Below the pieces are notes generated by a model, which saw nothing but the letters and a program-made list of their open reading frames with translations, searched no databases and was not told where the DNA came from. A DNA stretch of 59,434 nucleotides, the filler included, from Basidiobolus ranarum (taxonomy: Eukaryota): assembly GCA_040143965.1 (NCBI GenBank). It is 3 parts of 3 records of this genome, joined end to end, with 100 filler letters (N's around TTAATTAATTAA, not from the genome) between each part and the next. Parts side by side here need not be neighbours in the genome. Positions count along the whole stretch, not along the records: positions 39,741 to 59,434 come from JASJQH010000244.1; 2 more parts are not named here. One strand, 5' to 3'. Below, piece by piece: positions 49,990 through 59,434 of this stretch (its first letter is position 1; each line of letters begins with the position of its first letter). Made by a program: the position numbers and the translations under genes.

Positions 49990-52900
49990 TTATTCCAACA
50001 CATTCAATTCTGCTCCTTTGGTTTCCTTCCAAACTCCTCGTAGATTCTCAATAAACTCTTCAGCACTCGCCTGGGTAGTGTACAGAAGGTTCCACGAGAT
50101 ATGTTTGCTAGATTTCTCATTGTGATTAGGAGGTTTTACTTCATCGTTTGGACTATCCTCTGGTTTCTTTTCGGAAACTTCAACTACGTTACCATCACTG
50201 GAAATTACATTCTGCTCGTCGTTGGCTCTGTTCTCCTCCTTCGTAGTTTCAGAGTTTGGTTCATTTTGGGAGATTTGCTCGTCACTATGTTCTGATTCCT
50301 GATTAGTATTTGGCACTTCAATTTCTGGCTTTTCCTCAGCAGTGGCTTTCTCAGGTGTACTATCAGCCACCAAGTTGGTGTCTTGATTTGTATCCAGCTC
50401 GGTAGCTTTAGCAATGGTATCAACTCCGCTGTGATTCTCATCGGATACTGGTTGGCCTTCTTTCTCTTCTAACGTGGGAGGTGGGTTTTGGAGAGTGATC
50501 GTTGATTGAACGGACCTATTTGATCTGGAATCAAGTTCTTCAATCTCTTCACTAAAGGTTATTCTGATCAGCACTTCCCAGCCAGTAGCTGCACATCCAA
50601 CATTAGGTCCCTCCTTCTCTTTTCCAATGATCATACTCGTTCCCTTCTTGATTTTTTCGACTTCAGTAATCCATGAAATCGGGATCACTTCTACCCGTTT
50701 ATATTGTTCTATCAAGGTGGCCATTAGTGGGTGATTCTTCTTTCTTCCCCACCTTCCTTCGGCTTTTTGGATAGTTGGAGAGTTTTGAGTTGTATCCATT
50801 ATCTCACTAATATTGGTGATAGCTGGAGGCCAAACATCGTGTCGTTCTTGACAAAGATAAAGGTACTTCTCAGTACCTACAAGGGTAAATGCCTCCGTAT
50901 AATACTGGGGAGAGTCAGCGACTGGGGGGGAAGAGACTGGTTGTTTGAGAAGGCGAGTGACTAAATGATAGATCTTGAAAAAGTCGAAAGTAACTTTATC
51001 TACAACTACCGCTTCGCTACTGGCTGGATCCACCCCAGTTAGGTAATGATTGGGTATTGCTTCCAACCTGGAATCCATCTCATTGATTAACACCTGTTTA
51101 CGAATATTTTTAACTGCCCATTCGATATCGTGATTTACTACTTTGACCTTGCCCTCTTCCATGTGAATGTCGTAGTCGTAGCATATTTCTACCAACGAAT
51201 TTAAGAAGGCCGAGCATATCAATCGATCTCTAATCAGGAACGTGATCGAATGAGGCGGTAAAGTCAATGATACAGTTGCTGGCACAGAGGTGGCACCATT
51301 ATAAGAAGCGAGGTTCAAATGCACAGTCAACGTCTGACGATTAGGGCCAACATCGATCCTAGAAACCAGTGAGATCGGAATAGCGTAGAGCAACTTCAAA
51401 TGTTTCGCTGGGTTATTCTCAGTAGCAGAGGTGGATGCGGGTAGAGGTATAGTTTGAGGAGAGAACAGATACAATGTCTTATTTGTTAATCCAATATATA
51501 TGGGCTTCTCAACTGGGGCAACCTTTGGTATATTCTCAATATTCGAGGACATAATGGACCACATAGAAGGAAGCGTAACTGATGTGGGTGCGTGTGGAAT
51601 GAAGGAAGAAGATACCCAGGTGACTAATCTTTCGTCGTCATCTTCAATAATGGTCAATTGAAAATGTAAACGAATCGCATTTGTAAGACTGCGAAAAGGT
51701 GGCAAAGAAGCTGAGTATCCAGCCACTTGCTCCATTTTCTTTAAGATCTCTGTCTCATTGATCTCTGATTTCTTTTTCTTTAATTCTTTCGCATCTTGGT
51801 TAGGCATTGGTGAGAGCGCGCGAGCTTTGACGGGTGATTTCGTGTCGTTGCGATTGGTGAGTCCGACAAGTGGGTTAGCAAGCCACGAATCGAAAAATCC
51901 AAATTTATTATTAACAGGGGAATCGGAATCGGTAACATGAGAGGAGGAGGTGAATGCCCAGGCGGGTGGTTCGTTAGTTTGGGTCACTCCACTTTCTTCA
52001 CGACCGAAAAACTCTACCAAGAAAGTTCCCGAACAGACGGGGCATTTTCTCTCTTTCTCCTTGGCATCACTTTCGGATTCAGAGGTTACTGGAGAAAGGC
52101 TGTTATTTAGTTTCTTAACTCTGAGCCAATCTCCGTTATCCTTTTCGTCTTCCAGATTTAAGAATCCAATCCACGAACAATTCAAGCATTTCCCTTGTTT
52201 GTAGACTTCGTGACCTTTGCCCTCCTCCCAATTCTTTCTAACTATTGTCTCTAGCTCAGTTTGAAGCTCTTCAGAAATCTTGGGATCCTCAGCAGTTCTA
52301 GTGATTCGATAGTCACAATACGTAGGATTATCATAACGGCGGTATTTAAATTCTAAACGAAAGACTGCATGCTGTTCCGGTGTTTCTACCCGTTTGGTCT
52401 CGATACGTAAAAGACCTTGGAAACCACGCTGGCATACAATATCCCAAGTTTCAGGATTAGCTTCCACAAACGTAGTATCAGTAATAACTAAAATACGATC
52501 CCTGATAGGAACCCGAACGCAACGTTTGGACCTAGTACGACTAGAATACTCAGTGACTTGTATTCTGTACTGCTTTCCATCAGGCAAACTTTTGAGTTCG
52601 CTCTCAGGCTCCGTCACCTCTTCAGATTCCACCAATTCTGTCTGGGATTCGGCAAGAACCGGAGTTGTACTCTCAACCATATTGTTGCTTTTCTTCGAAT
52701 CTGTGGAAGATGGACTGTCTACACTTCGAAGGTCATCTTCTACGACTTCACTGTCGCCAGTAGGTTCATTGGCCTTTGATTTACGCAATGACACCAATGT
52801 TAACTTTGAAGGCAATGAGCCAACCACAAATTTATCGTCTTCCGGATCCTGACTATCGGCAATGCTTCGTCTTCTCGCAACATTTGTCGGGTGCTGAATT

Positions 52901-54847
52901 TCACTATAAATCTTCAACCACGTGGAGCCCGCTTCGTTACGAAGGGCTTCAATCTTTTTACGAAAGTCCTCACTGTTATTTGTTGCTGTCAATGCAGACA
53001 TGGAAGAGCGAATAGACGCTGGGGAACGACTACGCGGGGAAGAAGGTTGAGAATCTCTTTGAATGGATCTTCCTCTAATTGGGATTCGAAATTCATGACG
53101 ACCTGTTTGAATAACTCCTTCAAGTTCAGCCAGACGATGAACAAACGGTTTTCCTTGTCGATTGGGGGAGGTAGATCGATGTAGAAAAGGTTTATCAGTA
53201 CGATGAGAGGTGATTTCACCAGTGGATAAGATTTGAGAGGCTGACCGAGGTGATGAACGGGGAATATTTTCATTGCTCATACCCTCTGGTTCTTCCGTCA
53301 TAATTGACTCGGAAAGCTTTCCAGAAAGTGAAGACTCCAATAATTTCGGGGATTCAGCAATACTATCCAGTGGGTCTTGATCGGAACTAATATCGACCAC
53401 TCGTTTACTTCTACGTTTATTTTTATTGAAAGCAGGGCGATTACGTCGAGATTTTAATGCTGGAATGTCACTAGACTCCTTGGTTTCCGGAGGGGTAGAA
53501 CTATTCGATATTGGTGTGTATGTCGCGACAGGGCGTATAGCAATAATCGGCTCCTCCCCCGGTCCGGCTTTTGGCTCAGTAATAATACTTCGCTTTTCCA
53601 GGAATGAAGGGCCAGTACCATCCAGAAGTATGTCTAGTTCATGAGAGAAGAAGATGGAGAAAATCTGGGTTCTGTAATCAGCCTAATATAAAGAGACTTA
53701 GTATGGATTGCTTTTCTATGGGAGACAAGATCACGTAGTTCTGTACCTTTTGTGTCAAAGGATTTCCTTCAACAAGAACCTCTTGAAGAGAAGGTAACTC
53801 TGCTAGACGGCCCACTTCACCAACATCCGAAATTTCATTACCTCGAACGTTAATCAACACCAATGCCCATAGCTTATGCAATCCGCATAAACTCACCAGT
53901 CTATTATAACTGAGGTCAAGCACAGTTATATTTCCGAGGATTTGATCAATTCCCGTAACATTGGAAATCATGTTGTGACTAAGGTTGAGATTCCTCAGAC
54001 GAAATAGCTCCGTTAGTGCTGGCGGCACGGATAGAAGCAAGTTGTGGGATATATTCAGTGTCTCACACGCAGTGATCCTCAAGGCAGGCTCAACTGCCAG
54101 ACCTGCCAAATCGTTATGAGAAAGATCGATAGAATGGAGCTTAGGCCAGGTGGCATCTAACTCCAGACTGGCATCTTTACCAATCGTATCAATGAACAGA
54201 TCATGCAAGTCGACAATACCACCTTGGCATACGATCGACTCTAAATTCAGATGAAGGATATTCCAAGCTGAGAAATACCTTGGTGGTAACTTTTGAAGAT
54301 CTAAATGCACCAGACCAATGAATGGTCCCAGAGATATAGGTACTGGCAAATTATCATGTTGAGTGATTTGGTTTGCATCAAGCCAACTAATCCTAAGCTT
54401 CCGAATATGTTGGAAAAACCGGCAAATGTACTCCAGCTCGTTCTGAAAATGTATCTTGGCATCTATGCCAGAGTTTTCATTTCTTTTCCAACCTAGGAAG
54501 GATAGGCTTGAGAAAGAAGAAGTGATAGAAGCGAGTGAAGTGACTGATTTGACTGAGCGTGCAGGTGACATTGGAGCAACCTGCGGCACGCCATCTACTA
54601 ATAAATTGTACTCCTCAAGTTTGGTAATGACGATGGAAAGTTTGACTGGATCGACAGTGAATGTACGTTCGCTGGGAGTACTTACCGGACGCACATATCC
54701 AAGTGTCAAAACTGAAGTAAGTGAAGATGTCAAAGATGGGTCGTTGTCATGGTTAATAGGGGGTTTTCCCTTATGATTCCGAAAACGACTCTCGTTAGCT
54801 CGTAGATATTTTGCGCAGGCAAGGATGGTTTCTTCAGGAGAATTCAT
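49990..54847 (-). CDS. STK11IP/nischarin-like leucine-rich repeat protein (intron 53683-53746)
   Basis: The LRR array (LxLSxNxL) ends GNPLTQK|ADYRTQIF...LDG. A CLNC...CPVC zinc ribbon and a PH-like C-terminal region follow. Confidence 0.75.
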
Positions 54848-55822
54848 TTTACGAAGAACCTTGGACTTGCTTGTTCTGGAAAAAACAACCAGAACAAATT
54901 AGACAGAGCAATATATATATGTATAAATATATATTATTAAAGGAGTAAAATACCAACAAGTATGTAATTATTTTACACACTAGCTAACGTTCAGCAAAAT
55001 GCGCGTACGAAACGATAGAATGAAAAAAGACTCACAATTCGGAAAGTCAACCTTTAGTACAATAGTTGAAAAGGCTATATATTATGTACAAGGGCTTTCG
55101 TTTGCGGTATGTATATTACCAGCAAGAAAAGTAACAATATCAATGAAAAGGTGCAGTAATTACAAGCTAAGACCAGTCTTGTGTACAGTGGGAAAACCAC
55201 TAACAATTAGGGTGAATATGATTTTAGGATATTTTATCCAGATTCAACTTGGCCAATTGACTGTATATTAATTGAATTGAATTGAATTATCGAAATTCTC
55301 CAGATCTGCCATCTTAGGACACGACATAGGATGAAAATCGGTTAAAACCCTGAGAGCATAAAGGAGTTGATATCGTCAGCAATATGATAAAAAGTCTTAC
55401 GTTTTGATGAGAAATTAGTAAGTCGATCAATTTCATATCATCTCCGTATTTATCTAAACCTTGCTTACGGCCAGTTTTTTATCTCATCCCTTAACCGTGT
55501 ATAACTGACTCATAACTAGAGTTGGAATAATTATGAAAGCGTTGTAGATTTTAGAACTACACTATTTAGTGATTGATTCAGCACATACAGTATATATGCA
55601 TCTTGGCGATGGAGAACTCGAGCACCCCAAAGCGAATGAAGAGACAAGAATTTACATAAACAAATGTTTATTGATTATTCAAAAATAACGAAGTAAAACT
55701 ACAGGTACATGAAGGCGATCGTTACATCAAAACTCGACAGAGTACAACTATGAGCGAATATTAGGGTGATGTGCATCGTTAGTTATGAGTGGAGAGTAAA
55801 AGCCAAAGAAGATATATCCAGA

Positions 55823-56980
<1,158 letters not shown>

Positions 56981-58621
56981 TCATCCCGTCCAAAATCCTA
57001 TGTTTTTCCTTTTTTGTTAGTTCAGGCTGTCGTACAGATCACAAGAAAATCGAGATGTTACAATTGCGGTTACTACCAAATGTAGCCATATTTCCCCGGT
57101 ATTAATATCGGAGAAACAAACATATAGAAGGATATTGAGGATGCCCTCTTGATCTCTTTCTGACCGACCAGCAGGAGTAAGAATGGTCTGGAGAAAGCCG
57201 TACCCATTTTACCTTGCGGTTTTGCTTGGTAGAATAACTGAATGTATGTTAGGCTCTAATAAGATTTGTGAGCAAATAATAACCACCAAAGGCCGAAAAC
57301 AAGTTAGCGAACCGGATGAAGTTGCACCGTGTAAAAAGGAAATTTTCTCTCTTCCTTAGCAGCCTCACCCCGCCTTAAAGTTGACATTCCCAAGGAGCTC
57401 TAGTTAATTCAATAAGGTATTTTTGAGTTGGAGATATTTCCAATAGAATATGTTGGAATTACGATTCTCGGATGATGAATTCTATATCATACAAAGCATT
57501 TGTAATCCAAATATATTTGAACAAAAAGGTAACAAGGATTACAATTCGGAAACACATTTTGACCGAGTTCGCTACGATTACTCATACGTGTTATACAGTC
57601 ATTGTGTTTAACAAGTAAGCCTCGAATGTTGGACGATTTTACTCGAAACAAGATGTTACATTATACAAAGTATTACCTACAATACCTAACTGGGATATCC
57701 TCTCGCTTGTGATATGCTTAACAGTAATCATATTTTAGCACAATTGCAACCACATGAACTTGTGAAAGTACCAATATTGAAATTGAACCATATACTGGCC
57801 GTCATAAGTGGTTCATGCTTGATTGATAGTTGACATTGGTTACATTGAATACATTTTTAGTCTTCATTTGCTTTGAATCCTTTTACAGGGATCTGAGGAG
57901 ATTATGCTGTATCTCATGATATTCTGTAAAAAGTACGGATGTTTGCAAGCCTCTATTATCTAGAAGTGTTTGAATGTACGTTTTACAAGCTTGATTTGAT
58001 AACGAGACAAGAACTTCTTATTTTTATACCGCAAGTGGTCGTCTGTACCTCTGGTTTTATTACTGAACAATAATCTCTGAGCATTGATCTTGAAGATCCA
58101 AGGGTAATATTCTTTATCAAAAGACACCTTTGTTAGACTTTAAGTACTGAGATCTCGCTCTTCAACATTCGTTGAAGCTCAATGATACAACACCGCGAAG
58201 AAATCGGTTCTTGGTGTCGTTAAGTGCATAAATAGTTGTAGAACAAGATGCACCAATTAAATATAATTTATTCACTATCATCACAAGCAGAGAACTAGAG
58301 AAGAGTATATATCTAGTCCTTGCAGTTTTTCATTTCCAAAACTGTATAACGAAAGGTATACTTTTCTAAATAGATGATAACTAAGCTAAAGCAACTTCAC
58401 CTACATATATGTTACAAATTAAACGAATCTAGACATGTTTGCGCTCATAATAGGAATCAAATAGCATGAATGAGAAAGTTGGGTCATAATGAGAATGAAA
58501 AAAAGCGATCTACCAATTGTGTTCAAATACATGAATCAATTCAAATTGAAAGCCAAGTCCAAATTAAACAAAATTGAATTTATCTCAACTACCATTTAGT
58601 TGGAATAAAGGTATTATCAAA

Positions 58622-59434
58622 ATGAAGAAAGCCATTGACATTAGTTCGTCTTCGGTTAGTTGCTAGTTTAAAGACGCACCTCATGAAACTTCATTTTTAC
58701 ACTATTATGTTACTAGGTGTTAGATTTAAAGGTGGAACTTCTGAAACAAGAAGAGAGTTTCCGTAAAGAGCGAGCACAGGGTAAAAATGCACCCGCATCA
58801 ACTAGAATTCAAAGCAAGGTACTTAGTTAAGTGTGAAATTATCAGCAACAAGTAGTTCAGGTATTTACAATATTTTAAATGATAGAAATTGCCTGCATGG
58901 GCTATGCCAAATAAAGGAGTAGAACAAAGATCTGCCAGAGACAAACTGGAGCAGGAAGCTGAAAAACCAAGTTTAGATGCGAGTAGAAAGGCTCTAGAGC
59001 GAAAAGCGAAGCTTTATGAAAAGTTGAAACGTGCCAACTTAGGTATAGCACTTGTGGTATATTAATCTGCTGTGATGCTGTCTAAAGATAATTAATCTAG
59101 ATGATATGAACGAGAAAGATATCGAAGAAATGTTGGTAGATTTTGAGCGGAAAAAATGGGAGCAACCCGACGTTAGTTGAATAATTTTTTATGATACGAA
59201 AGTAGGTTAATTGACTATACTACAACTACATATAGGACAGCGATCTTTCTGAAAGTGAGAAGGAAGCAGAAGATCCGTGGGTAGAACATATCGATGAATT
59301 TGGGAGAACGCGTCTAATCAGACAAAGTGAGGTTCCTAAAGAAAGATCGCCATCTCCTGGATACGGGTTAGTGCTTTCTGCCACCAACACAGCGCTTGAA
59401 GAGATACTAATTTTTAGAAATTTAGAGCCGATAC
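58622..59434 (+). CDS. CCDC174-like coiled-coil protein, 5' part only (multi-exon, runs off the window); absent from the ORF track
   Basis: Splicing gives MKKAIDISSSS|VLDLKVELLK...NKGVEQRSARD...SRKALERKAKLYEKL...LVDFERK...WVEHIDEFGRTR. Confidence 0.8.

Overview
Eukaryotic nuclear DNA, most likely from an early-diverging fungus. The evidence is AT-rich sequence, short 50-80 nt spliceosomal introns and fungal-type housekeeping genes; the exact taxon is inference. The window is three separate contigs (1-19784, 19885-39640, 39741-59434) joined by identical artificial 100-nt linkers (N44-TTAATTAATTAA-N44), so gene neighbourhood across the linkers is meaningless. Contig 1 holds a Yap-like bZIP, an SSZ1-type Hsp70, a bHLH-zipper factor, a LysM protein, two tandem FUSC/ArAE-like transporter paralogs and cysteinyl-tRNA synthetase, and is bounded at both ends by a CpG-depleted dispersed repeat. 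Contig 2 looks accessory: repeats, an intact Mx-like dynamin with a GC-AG intron, and two broken paralogous genes for secreted Cys-module plus His/Ser/Thr-repeat proteins, one originally about 2,500 aa. Contig 3 holds two related 52/54-aa microprotein ORFs, ATG7, an HSF-type factor, a mitochondrion-targeted protein made of four RanBP2 zinc fingers, an STK11IP/nischarin-like LRR protein, HEM2 and a partial CCDC174-like gene. The best candidates for something undescribed are the microprotein pair, the mitochondrial RanBP2-finger protein and the His-rich secreted repeat family. All family assignments come from motif recognition by eye; no searches were run.
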